64,000 nt of DNA. Source: Verrucomicrobia bacterium UBA3841 (GTDB lineage: Bacteria; Verrucomicrobiota; Kiritimatiellia; RFP12; UBA1067). The stretch's first letter is position 1; each line of letters begins with the position of its first letter. Both the position numbers and the translations under genes were made by a program. Of the stretch, positions 27,901 to 34,012 are shown piece by piece. The stretch covers positions 9,326 to 73,325 of the forward strand of contig DGHT01000058.1 in the NCBI GenBank assembly GCA_002392765.1. The letters are read 5' to 3'. The notes below the pieces were generated by a model that made no database searches, was not told the origin of the DNA, and saw nothing but the letters and a program-made list of their open reading frames with translations.

Positions 27901-27912
27901 GTGATCCGGTAA
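21994..27912 (+). CDS. Giant secreted adhesin-like protein (1972 aa) with autotransporter-associated beta-strand-type repeats
   Basis: Signal peptide (ALALCFATPLVSWADA). It is T/G/N/S-rich, with repeated G(T/A)GTLTL(A/S)G...N.Y.G.T.V-like strings (GLGTLTLAGENKISAATIEIGGG, AGTLTLSGTQTASNGLIVETGASV). No membrane anchor or beta-barrel is evident at the C-terminus. Confidence 0.75.
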   Translation: MSTLTTKITRAALALCFATPLVSWADAITAVNPVTGETETYTYKFTGTDIWNGTEYWQDSNGDNPSAVPAKSGDNIWAPILFAGDTININASMSVEGWNLRMGLYNGASVTLKNLQKLQGGLGMWITVDSSSHCTIEAMANKKLANANPLCLYSANEGGIAWTQELSSSGNESGDTAMPFHYYLAGNGTVAYNGGIAAAAGGAHVIKQADVTLSGNSEVVSKTLVSFTSSSTTFTADAAIKVKNGDNVLKTVYLTSVTTADDTTLTAEDDVGACELVQTPTGIVLYYVDGDPADVNVEEKTYKPSININFTNGASNGLTTQSDVGLSGYEVPGTSWNNYVVANSTFSTVNAVDSTGAASAMSGVSVTISGTRGSYSCGNLTPSSNPLHGYIDENGNNPTPTVTVTGIPYYKYRVLVYHSTDSGSVPFGYDTINGKNYTYENDALSEGTTAWGNAGAQDSANAIAEGGNVLVTEALSGSTLTVVGHRAGGASNARGCIAAIQIIEVKADVGENDLEIPVSGDTQYTVEETKELSGTVYLTGLGTLTLAGENKISAATIEIGGGVTLVVNADRLDATTFTGAGTVVYDGLQPETTKGFDNSAWTGTVWVKNVGDTLKGEATDAKVTTRLGSDTTDATSNELNKWGNANSFVKFTNVRAFMAKADVPWTLVLEDDDTNYAWYNNEGWTARSITIAALKGDGTFWDINDGGCRPYLNFGDASQFTGTIKALGKQVFLNDTTNIGDASSGLAGRITVPANQTLTVASGKTWHTSNGLVVNGTLNVNGTLASDSTTAAVSGSGTVVFTGSAPSPTGDAWWKNASWTGTVQMKDVTNLVGGTNWTGTNFLPNDYGNTGSVLELYNCSGWLPNNNNYQCTVPLKVTGTLTINDGISGNKFVISHLSGSGAIHTTSNGATTTLQILEADGFTGYVQLNSKRVVFGNMLPSEYTVGNIYVGEGFSFTVPNSNVAWYGTGGITLAGELKAAALSNFGGGTTITTTDDGVFTLVSNSDTDDLNVDYTRIQGTGTLKFEGSKYRTISTNNFPTAMIVENNISNGLIHRLPGEEVAIGSLSGTGQMRSDWGGSGSTGDRDLRILQAKDTTYSGLFASNNDRIDEVYVAPGASTAGTLTLSGTQTASNGLIVETGASVNLTGTWVGATTVAGTFGGTGTLTGNLTFSDGATFKANASALTVSGTVTIPAGEGESLTIDAANLDADEVTILSSESITTETDVSKVTVDGLYTVEAVAGALKLVSTRVEVTVPAINNATVTVSVGGETIGTEAGTYKVAPDAVVIATYAAEAGYEISGQTVYTIDVSNSETTFNPAGTTEVKQYVAQIYGGEKYTTLQAAVDAAVRNSKIIVLANETDGATIPSKDISFYIYTGAFTTGEILDATGDFITTRTTENISISDDIHADKVTATKYSVAAAFMAVTIDGTRTLYGQANANDALTAANAGPIGTTVEFLSGDPASYAEYLPMFDYDSKTGVYTKVANPVAAVYSGVQQLSVHRTLAEAVAAAENGQTVKLLDGIELESAAEIASGKSITIDLNGKTVAGPAGGYAFSNAGGVTIVGNGTVTGAGGIVSNTASGATVAISNGTYTVTGDLFGNVEGGTIAVSGGTYNQSVADEYLAEGYEVTDNDDGTYGVREDKGWIYAAPGYWNYTGAWTGVTPDDDDQKVTIESGAAYTASNASDGRLVTVEMTASFADVNEDEPDATLANAKGAVRLGKGETDGTYTFQLLTSENSTPAWKDAAGFAPAKETDYTFVFVFDLTNKTYTAGVVVGSTTNELSVGGGTAIPFAAQNDNPVQTINFVGEGTVSSIKGGYETPEPPPAGFVEDEEVTLDDGTATLTEDQAKWLNACGDKAAVAAKIATMDSTAFNNAYLLNLNITGEFSYEFKVTAIEVGDDDVTLTVSLTRTGALDETTKINGTVALTGTDELGKTFETIDEATVVDEDFSEDATTTITLDKGDAKFFLPVIR

Positions 27913-27931
27913 TCGCGCGGCGATAGAACGG

Positions 27932-27965
27932 ACAGAAAGGCGCGGAGAAATCCGCGCCTTTCTGT
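27932..27965 (+). terminator. Perfect 15-bp hairpin after the giant gene
   Basis: ACAGAAAGGCGCGGA-gaaa-TCCGCGCCTTTCTGT, followed by TGGTG with only a weak U-tract. Confidence 0.6.
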
Positions 27966-27985
27966 TGGTGACGGAGCAGAGAAAT

Positions 27986-28156
27986 CAAGGAGATGCGGCA
28001 TCTTGCCGCGTAGAAAAGTTGAAAAGTTGAAAGGTTGAAAAGTTGAAAGGTCAAGGAGATGCGGCATCTTGCCGCGTTTTACTATAGGACGGCGCGGGAC
28101 GCGCCATCTCCTTGTGACGGCGTGGAGAAATCAAGGAGATGCGGCATCTTGCCGCG
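27986..28156 (+). repeat. Composite REP cluster (left): three copies of the 25-nt unit CAAGGAGATGCGGCATCTTGCCGCG, (GTTGAAAR)x4 tandem spacer, one inverted variant unit
   Basis: Units lie at 27986-28010, 28052-28076 and 28132-28156, each with a GCGGCA-tct-TGCCGC hairpin. The inverted variant ggacGGCGCGggacGCGCCATCTCCTTG lies at 28087-28114. Confidence 0.9.
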
Positions 28157-28177
28157 TCGATATGAAAATGCTATAAT
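28149..28177 (+). promoter_or_regulatory. Promoter TTGCCG-17 nt-TGCTATAAT; the -35 hexamer lies inside a REP unit; the ATG is 6 nt downstream (leaderless)
   Basis: Read directly, with no Shine-Dalgarno before the ATG at 28184. Confidence 0.5.
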
Positions 28178-28183
28178 ATTTCC

Positions 28184-28810
28184 ATGCAATATCCAACTTT
28201 TCTTTCAGACGTCAAACCAGTAGATAAAACTAATCACAATCTCCCACATTGGGACCAGGTCGGAACGTGTGTTTTCGTCACATTCCGGCTAGCCGATTCG
28301 CTTCCAAAGGAAAGACTTGCGCAGTGGAAGTATGAACGGGAGGAATGGATGAAATTCCATCCGAAGCCGTGGGACGAGGGAACAGCAGCGGAATACGGGC
28401 GTGAATTCGGAGCGCGTCTTGATAATTGGCTTGATTCGGGATATGGTTCATGCGTACTGGAGGATAGTGAGAACCGGCAAATAGTCTGGGACGCCATTCT
28501 GCATTTTGACGGGGAAAGATATGATGTTTATACGTTTGTCGTAATGCCCAATCATGTGCATGTGATGTTTAGCCCTTTTGTGGAATATACTCGCGCCGGG
28601 ATATTGCACAGTTGGAAAAGTTTTTCTTCTAAGATGATAAACAAGCGAACGGGGAGTACGGGCGTTGTATGGCAGAATGAAAGTTGGGATCGGCTTGTTC
28701 GCGATGCTGGACATTTTGCAAGAATCGCGCGATACATATCTCGCAACCCTGGAGAAAGGGATATCCCAGTATATTTGAAGACGGGATACGAGGATTTGCT
28801 TCGTGTTTGA
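28184..28810 (+). CDS. REP-associated tyrosine transposase (RAYT; IS200/IS605-like Y1 HUH transposase family)
   Basis: 208 aa with VFVTFRLADSLP, HUH motif VMPNHVHVMFSP, WQNESWDRLVRD and the Tyr motif ARYISRNP. It is flanked by REP hairpins. Confidence 0.85.
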   Translation: MQYPTFLSDVKPVDKTNHNLPHWDQVGTCVFVTFRLADSLPKERLAQWKYEREEWMKFHPKPWDEGTAAEYGREFGARLDNWLDSGYGSCVLEDSENRQIVWDAILHFDGERYDVYTFVVMPNHVHVMFSPFVEYTRAGILHSWKSFSSKMINKRTGSTGVVWQNESWDRLVRDAGHFARIARYISRNPGERDIPVYLKTGYEDLLRV

Positions 28811-28824
28811 GATAGATTTGAAAT

Positions 28825-28953
28825 CAAGGAGATGCGGCATCTTGCCGCGTAGAAAAGTTGAAAGGTTGAAAAGTTGAAAGGTTGAAAAGTCAAGGAGATG
28901 CGGCATCTTGCCGCGTTTTACTATTGGACGGCGCGGGACGCGCCATCTCCTTG
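28825..28953 (+). repeat. Composite REP cluster (right copy)
   Basis: Units lie at 28825-28849 and 28891-28915, with a (GTTGAAAR)x4 spacer and the inverted variant unit at 28926-28953. Confidence 0.9.
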
Positions 28954-28978
28954 TCAAGCATGAAAATTATGATATAAT
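28951..28978 (+). promoter_or_regulatory. Promoter TTGTCA-16 nt-TGATATAAT; the -35 overlaps the REP end; the ATG is 7 nt downstream (leaderless)
   Basis: Read directly, with no Shine-Dalgarno before the ATG at 28986. Confidence 0.5.
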
Positions 28979-28985
28979 ATCTTCA

Positions 28986-30383
28986 ATGAAAATCGGCATA
29001 TACGAGGTCGTGCGCCTTTTGGGAAAAGGCGGAATGAGCGAGGTGTACGAGGTTGCAGACCCGAGATTGGGTTCGCGTCTTGCACTTAAGATATACAACT
29101 ACCCCAAAGACGATCCCGAGGTTCGGCGCAGATTCGAAATCGAAGGCAGGCTTCTGGCGAGGCTTTCGCATCCCGGCATCGTCAAGGTTTTCGATATCGG
29201 CGAGGACGGGGACAGGCCGTATTTCGTAATGGATCTTGTTCTCAATCCGGAGGGTGAATGCCAGACGCTCGCCGACGTGCCGGACGGGTCCGTCGATGAA
29301 AAGACGATCGGAATGTGGTACGACGGCATACGCGACGCGTTGGGCTACATACACTCCCAGGGAGTGGTGCACAGGGATCTCAAACTGCAGAATGTCATGG
29401 TGGGTCCGGACGGTCGCGCCATCCTCGCCGATTTCGGCGTTTCGAAGATATTCGAGCCGCCGGACGGATCCGAGCGCAGGGTCGATGCTGTCAGCACTCT
29501 GGTCAGAATCCGCGACGGAAGCAAGCCTGTGATGGGCTCGCTCGGATACATGGCCCCGGAACTGGAGATGGGGGTGGAAGCCACCGCCAAATCCGACTGG
29601 TACGCGCTTGGCGTGATAGTATACAAACTTCTGACGGGTACGTGGTGCGATTCGAGGACCGACATCGTGTCGACGCTCGAGACGTACGATCCCGTCTGGC
29701 TTGAAATAATTCCCAAGCTCCTGCATTCGAATCCCGAGGGCCGGGAATGTCCGTCGTGGGCCGACACGAAAGAAGAGCTGCGCGAAAAGGCCGAATTCAA
29801 GGCCGAAAAGCGTCTTGACCGCGAAAGGCGCCGTTTCAGAAGCGCCCGCCGCTTTGCAAGGGCCGCGTCGCTTGCCGCGCTTGCCATATCCGCCGTGTGC
29901 GTATTTTCCACCGTCAAGTACACGCAGACGAGGAAGCGTCTCAAGCAGACGGAGATCCGGCTGCTGTATCCTACATTCGACAGGCTTTTCAAGATCCCCT
30001 CGGCGGGAAGGGCGGGAACAGACGAGGATGGCCGGCGCGGACAGGTTCCGGTGTCCGAGTGGGAGATGGCCCAGGTCGACGCCTGGTTCCTCACCCACAA
30101 GTATTTCGACGCGCTCTTCGACGGCAAGATGACTTTCAACGAGATGAGCGAGGCCGTGCGGCTCCTCAACAGAAAGATCCAGAGAGGCGAGTTCGACGAT
30201 ATCTGGGGCGACGAATACACCGAACAGGGAGAGGACGACGAACCGCTCAAGGAGATTTTCACATTGGCCATGAAGCGGCTGGCCAAAGCCGAAAAGAAAC
30301 TGCACGCCCGCGGGGTGGACGATTCCGCCGCGCCGGCCGGCAACACCGATACGGGGACGGATGAAAATGGGAAACTCCACTAA
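28986..30383 (+). CDS. Membrane-anchored Hanks-type Ser/Thr protein kinase
   Basis: GKGGMSEVYEV...LALK, catalytic HRDLKLQNVMV, DFGVSK and GSLGYMAPE. A TM segment (AASLAALAISAVCVFSTV) and a ~140-aa C-terminal domain follow. The ORF-track start at 28908 reads through REP and is rejected. Confidence 0.85.
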   Translation: MKIGIYEVVRLLGKGGMSEVYEVADPRLGSRLALKIYNYPKDDPEVRRRFEIEGRLLARLSHPGIVKVFDIGEDGDRPYFVMDLVLNPEGECQTLADVPDGSVDEKTIGMWYDGIRDALGYIHSQGVVHRDLKLQNVMVGPDGRAILADFGVSKIFEPPDGSERRVDAVSTLVRIRDGSKPVMGSLGYMAPELEMGVEATAKSDWYALGVIVYKLLTGTWCDSRTDIVSTLETYDPVWLEIIPKLLHSNPEGRECPSWADTKEELREKAEFKAEKRLDRERRRFRSARRFARAASLAALAISAVCVFSTVKYTQTRKRLKQTEIRLLYPTFDRLFKIPSAGRAGTDEDGRRGQVPVSEWEMAQVDAWFLTHKYFDALFDGKMTFNEMSEAVRLLNRKIQRGEFDDIWGDEYTEQGEDDEPLKEIFTLAMKRLAKAEKKLHARGVDDSAAPAGNTDTGTDENGKLH

Positions 30384-31023
30384 AAAAACATTGTTCATTG
30401 CAGCGGCGGGGGCTCTGTTCCTGATCGCAGCCCTTTTGTATATGCTCCTGGGGAAAAAGCAGGCTGCGGAGTCCGCCGCGGGCGAGGGCGCGGACCGGAC
30501 GGAAGTCCGGGCGGAAACCGTCCTTCCGGAGCCGGCGGCGGCATCTTCGCCGGACGGAGCGGACGGCGAAACCGCGAACGCGGAGGAAGAGGAGGATGAC
30601 GACGGATCCGCGTCCGGCGAGACGCCGGAAGAGCGGGCCGACCGCGAAAAGGTCGACGCCTTCGACGCGCTTGTGGACAAGTGGCGCGAGGAAGAGTCCC
30701 CGGACGGCGTTCCCATGGAGAAGATAGGCGAATTTACGCAGATGTTTCTGGGGCTTCCGGAAAAAGACAAGGAAGACTGTCTGCGCCGCGCGCTCAATCT
30801 CGTTTCCGACGCAAATTTCGAAGTGCTTGTCGGCCTGCTTGTCGATAGAAGAACGGGCGACGAATTCATCCAGCTGATTTTCGACGACATGGTAAACAGG
30901 TCGGACGAAGTCAAAATGACGCTCCTGCGTGAAATTTTCAAGGACAAGACCCACCCCTGCTGGGCGGAGGCCGCCTGGATGCTCGACGCCATGGACGAGC
31001 TGGGCAAGGAGAAAAACGATTGA
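30361..31023 (+). CDS. Membrane-anchored acidic protein of unknown function, overlapping the kinase 3' end
   Basis: 220 aa with an N-terminal TM (LFIAAAGALFLIAALLYMLL), a D/E-rich low-complexity region and then a helical domain. The 23-nt overlap suggests co-expression with the kinase. Confidence 0.55.
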   Translation: MKMGNSTKKTLFIAAAGALFLIAALLYMLLGKKQAAESAAGEGADRTEVRAETVLPEPAAASSPDGADGETANAEEEEDDDGSASGETPEERADREKVDAFDALVDKWREEESPDGVPMEKIGEFTQMFLGLPEKDKEDCLRRALNLVSDANFEVLVGLLVDRRTGDEFIQLIFDDMVNRSDEVKMTLLREIFKDKTHPCWAEAAWMLDAMDELGKEKND

Positions 31024-31050
31024 CGGGGAGCGGCGGCGCTTTCCCGTTTC

Positions 31051-31079
31051 TTGCCGAAAACGGAAAAAATTGATATAAT
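31051..31079 (+). promoter_or_regulatory. Promoter TTGCCG-17 nt-TGATATAAT; the ATG is 8 nt downstream (leaderless-type)
   Basis: Read directly, with no Shine-Dalgarno before the ATG at 31088. Confidence 0.5.
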
Positions 31080-31087
31080 CTGTACAG

Positions 31088-32968
31088 ATGCAAGGTTATT
31101 CATATTCCGTATTCTCCATAGTTGCGATAGTAATCCACTTGGTGATTAACTACGACCTGAGGGCGGGCCGCGGACTGGATGTGTTGCGCGTGCAACGCTA
31201 CCGCGGATTCCTCTTCGGCGTGCTCGTCTACTACCTTGCGGACGGCGCGTGGGGCGTTTTTGCCGGATTGCGGTGGATGGCCGCGTGGTACGTCGACACG
31301 ATTTTTTTCTTCCTCTCGCTCGTCGTTTTCTCGCTGATGTGGTGCCGGTTTCTGGCCGTATATCTCAATTTCGGCAAAACCGCCGCGAAAGCGCTGATAT
31401 GGCCGTGGTATGCCATCCTCGGCGCCAACATCCTCCTCCTTGCCGCCAATCCCTTTTACAGATGCGTGTTCTACTTCGACGAGAGCGGAACATACCGTCC
31501 AGGTCCGATGCGGGACCTCCTCGTCTACCTGCAGATAGCGTTCAACCTGCTGATGTCGGTATGCGTTCTCGCCAAGACGCTGCGCGGACACGGACCCGCG
31601 CGCGGAAGAAACATGATGGTTTTCGCGAACGGCGTGCTGTTTACGGCGGCGATGGTCCTGCAGGTCGTATGGCCGCTCACGCCCTTCACTTCGCTTGGAT
31701 GCCTCGTAGGTACGTGCTTCCTCCATATTTTCGTCATCAGGTGCGAACAGACCGAAATGCACATGGCCGAACTCGAATCCGCGCTGGAGAGGGCGCGCGC
31801 GGCCGAGAAATCGAGGAGCATGTTTTTCAGCATCGTAAGCCACGACATACGCACTCCGCTCAACGCGATCCTCGGCTACGCGGAACTGCTCCGCCACGAC
31901 GCGCTTTCGGGCGAGGAAAAATCCGAGGCTCTCGAATCCATACGCTCGAGCGCCGGGGCGCTGATGCAGCTGGTGAACGACATTCTTGACATTGCGAGGA
32001 TGGACGCGGGCAGGATGAAACTCCGCGAAGAGCCCGTGGACATCGGAAAAATGGCGGACGATGTGCTGGCGTCTTTCAAACTGGACGCCGCCAAGAAAAT
32101 GATTTCGCTCGTAAACCGGACGGCGGGCGTGCCGCTGCTGGCGCTGGACAAACAGCGCTCCCGCCAGGTCCTTTTCATTCTCGTCGGCAATGCCGTGAAG
32201 TTCACAGGCAAGGGCGTCGTGGCCGTCGACGCGTCGCTTGAGGGCGATAATCTGCGCCTTTCCGTTTCCGATACCGGTTGCGGCATCGCCGCCGACATGC
32301 TGACGCGGATTTTCGACCCTTGCGCCCTGGAGCACGATCTGAGCCACTCCACCTACAAGGAGATCGGAACGGGATTGGGCCTGTCGATATGCAAACGCCT
32401 GGCCGAGATGGCGGGCGGCGGAATTTCCGTGGAGAGCGAGGTCGGGAAAGGATCGGTGTTCACGCTGCGGATACCGGCGGCGATTTCGACCGTCGGCGCG
32501 GCCGCCCCGGCGGCGGGCGCGGCAACCGTTGCCGCGCGACCCGGACCGCCGCGGCGCGTTCTCGTCGTCGACGACACGCCGATCAACCGCTCGGTCCTCA
32601 AAGCCTTCCTCAAGAAGGCCGGCGTCGCCGAGGTGGATTGCGCAGGGGACGGCTCGGAGGAGTTCGCGCGGCTTGATTCCCGGGCCGGCGCGGGCAGTCC
32701 GTACGATTTCGTTTTTTCGGATCTCTGGATGCCGGAGATGAACGGGCTGGAGCTGATCGAAAAACTGCGCTCCGACGGACGTTTCGCGCATCTTGCGGTA
32801 TACGCGGTTACCGCGGACACGGAGTACCGCAACGACGACAGGTGGCGTCTTTTCAACGGAGTGTTCCTCAAGCCGCTGTCGTACGCCAACGTCGCGGATG
32901 CGCTGAAGCGGAGTCTGCCGCATGGCGCCGCAACCGCAGATGCCGCGGCGGGGCGCGCGGACGTTTGA
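31088..32968 (+). CDS. Hybrid sensor histidine kinase / response regulator with polytopic N-terminal sensor
   Basis: About 6 TM helices, then H-box FFSIVSHDIRTPLNAILGY, N-box LVGNAVKFT, G-boxes DTGCGI and GTGLGLSICKRL, and a receiver domain (VLVVDDTPINR...FSDLWMPEMNG). Confidence 0.9.
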   Translation: MQGYSYSVFSIVAIVIHLVINYDLRAGRGLDVLRVQRYRGFLFGVLVYYLADGAWGVFAGLRWMAAWYVDTIFFFLSLVVFSLMWCRFLAVYLNFGKTAAKALIWPWYAILGANILLLAANPFYRCVFYFDESGTYRPGPMRDLLVYLQIAFNLLMSVCVLAKTLRGHGPARGRNMMVFANGVLFTAAMVLQVVWPLTPFTSLGCLVGTCFLHIFVIRCEQTEMHMAELESALERARAAEKSRSMFFSIVSHDIRTPLNAILGYAELLRHDALSGEEKSEALESIRSSAGALMQLVNDILDIARMDAGRMKLREEPVDIGKMADDVLASFKLDAAKKMISLVNRTAGVPLLALDKQRSRQVLFILVGNAVKFTGKGVVAVDASLEGDNLRLSVSDTGCGIAADMLTRIFDPCALEHDLSHSTYKEIGTGLGLSICKRLAEMAGGGISVESEVGKGSVFTLRIPAAISTVGAAAPAAGAATVAARPGPPRRVLVVDDTPINRSVLKAFLKKAGVAEVDCAGDGSEEFARLDSRAGAGSPYDFVFSDLWMPEMNGLELIEKLRSDGRFAHLAVYAVTADTEYRNDDRWRLFNGVFLKPLSYANVADALKRSLPHGAATADAAAGRADV

Positions 32969-32996
32969 TTTACACAGGAGAAAACAAGGAATCGCG

Positions 32997-33290
32997 ATGA
33001 CAATAGAAAAGAAACAGTCGGACGGAGAGCTTACGATCGAAGTGGGCGGGCGTCTTGACACCAACACGGCCCCCGAGCTCGAGGCGGCGGTCAAACTCGA
33101 CGGCGTGACATCGCTCGTTTTCGATTTCGCAGGGCTCGAGTACATTTCGTCGGCCGGGCTGAGAGTCCTTCTTGCGGCGAAGAAAACCCTGATGGCGACC
33201 GGCGGCGAAATGTCTGTCGTCAACGCCAACAATTCCGTCCGCAGCGTATTCGAGATAACGGGATGCAGCGAAATATTCGGTTTATCCTGA
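32997..33290 (+). CDS. STAS-domain anti-sigma-factor antagonist (RsbV/SpoIIAA-like)
   Basis: 97 aa: ELTIEVGGRLDTNTAPELE...LVFDFAGLEYISSAGLRVLL, with the conserved phosphorylatable Ser in YISSAGL. Confidence 0.85.
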   Translation: MTIEKKQSDGELTIEVGGRLDTNTAPELEAAVKLDGVTSLVFDFAGLEYISSAGLRVLLAAKKTLMATGGEMSVVNANNSVRSVFEITGCSEIFGLS

Positions 33291-34012
33291 CGGCGGCCGC
33301 AGCGCTCGCCGCCGCCGCGCTCGCCGGTTGCGGAGACGGAGGGACGGAGATATCCGCCCCGGCCCCCGTTGCGGCGGACCGCCCGGGCGGCGTTCTGATC
33401 GTCGTTACGCCCGCAGACACTCCGCCGTACTGCTACCGAGACGCGAACAGCGGCGAGATAATCGGCCTTGAAATCGAAATCATACGCGCCGCCGCGAAAG
33501 CGCTCGGACGAGAAGTCGAGATCCGCGAGTGCGAATTCAATTCGCTCCTTCCAAAACTCAAATCCGGCGAGGCGGACATGGCGGCCTCGTCGCTTTCGAT
33601 CGTCCCCGTAAGGCTTGAGGATGTCGATTTCACCATCCCGTACGTGACGGAAGGCGGCATGTTCCTGTACCGCGCCGGCGAGAAGATGCCGACGATGATC
33701 GTCGCCGAGACGATACGCGTTGGAACCGTCGATTCCATGACGCACGATTTCTACCTTTCCGGGCACGGCATCGACCCCGTGCGCTTCCCGTTCTATTCTG
33801 ACGCCGTGGAGGCGCTCAAATCGTACAGGATCGACGCCGTTTATTTCGACAGCAGCGCTGTGCGCCTGTCGGTCGAGGAGTCCGGCGGAAGGCTGGCGGC
33901 CTCGCGTCTCGAGACGCGCGAGCTCTTCGGAATCGCCATACGCAAGGGCATGCCCTGGCTGAAAGCCGCGCTTGACGCGGAGATAGAGCGCAGGAAGGGA
34001 GGCGGACGGTGA
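33263..34012 (+). CDS. Periplasmic solute-binding lipoprotein (SBP_bac_3, amino-acid-type)
   Basis: Lipobox AALAGCG, with TPPYCYRD..GEIIGLEIEI, LKSGEADMAASSLSI and AVYFDS. It overlaps both neighbouring genes. Confidence 0.75.
   Translation: MQRNIRFILTAAAALAAAALAGCGDGGTEISAPAPVAADRPGGVLIVVTPADTPPYCYRDANSGEIIGLEIEIIRAAAKALGREVEIRECEFNSLLPKLKSGEADMAASSLSIVPVRLEDVDFTIPYVTEGGMFLYRAGEKMPTMIVAETIRVGTVDSMTHDFYLSGHGIDPVRFPFYSDAVEALKSYRIDAVYFDSSAVRLSVEESGGRLAASRLETRELFGIAIRKGMPWLKAALDAEIERRKGGGR

Larger units (their letters stand above)
27986..28978 (+). mobile_element. RAYT cassette: HUH/Y1 transposase gene bracketed by two directly repeated ~129-bp composite REP clusters, each followed by a TGnTATAAT promoter
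   Basis: 27986-28114 and 28825-28953 are the same length and differ at only a handful of positions. The sequence after each copy (atgaaaatgcTATAATat versus atgaaaattatgaTATAATat) is also related. Confidence 0.75.

Noticed and set aside
8791-27912. Looked for injectisome structural genes (SctN ATPase Walker motifs, SctV/R/S/T/U export gate, SctC secretin, needle protein) around the translocon operon
   Set aside because: None of the ORFs in this window shows those signatures. Only the chaperone/translocator module is supported, so no apparatus is claimed.
27654-28067. Minus-strand ORFs beginning MPHLLDFSTFQ(P/L)FN..., which recur at 27863..28054, 28448..28957, 28552..28893, 55493..55720 and 55609..56415
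   Set aside because: They are translations of the REP unit. The reverse complement of CAAGGAGATGCGGCAT gives ATGCCGCATCTCCTTG, and the GTTGAAAR tandem repeats follow. The apparent protein family is a repeat artefact.
27986-28156. Possible CRISPR array (identical 25-nt repeats with intervening sequence), also at 28825-28915 and 55610-55684
   Set aside because: There are only 2-3 units per site. The spacers are themselves GTTGAAAR micro-tandem repeats and are nearly identical between sites. The units are hairpins adjacent to a RAYT gene, and no cas genes are present. The REP/BIME-type interpretation fits better.
28908-28985. N-terminal extension of the kinase ORF (MPRFTIGRRGTRHLLVKHENYDIISS)
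   Set aside because: It reads through the REP inverted unit and the TGATATAAT box. The kinase subdomain I glycine loop follows immediately after the ATG at 28986.
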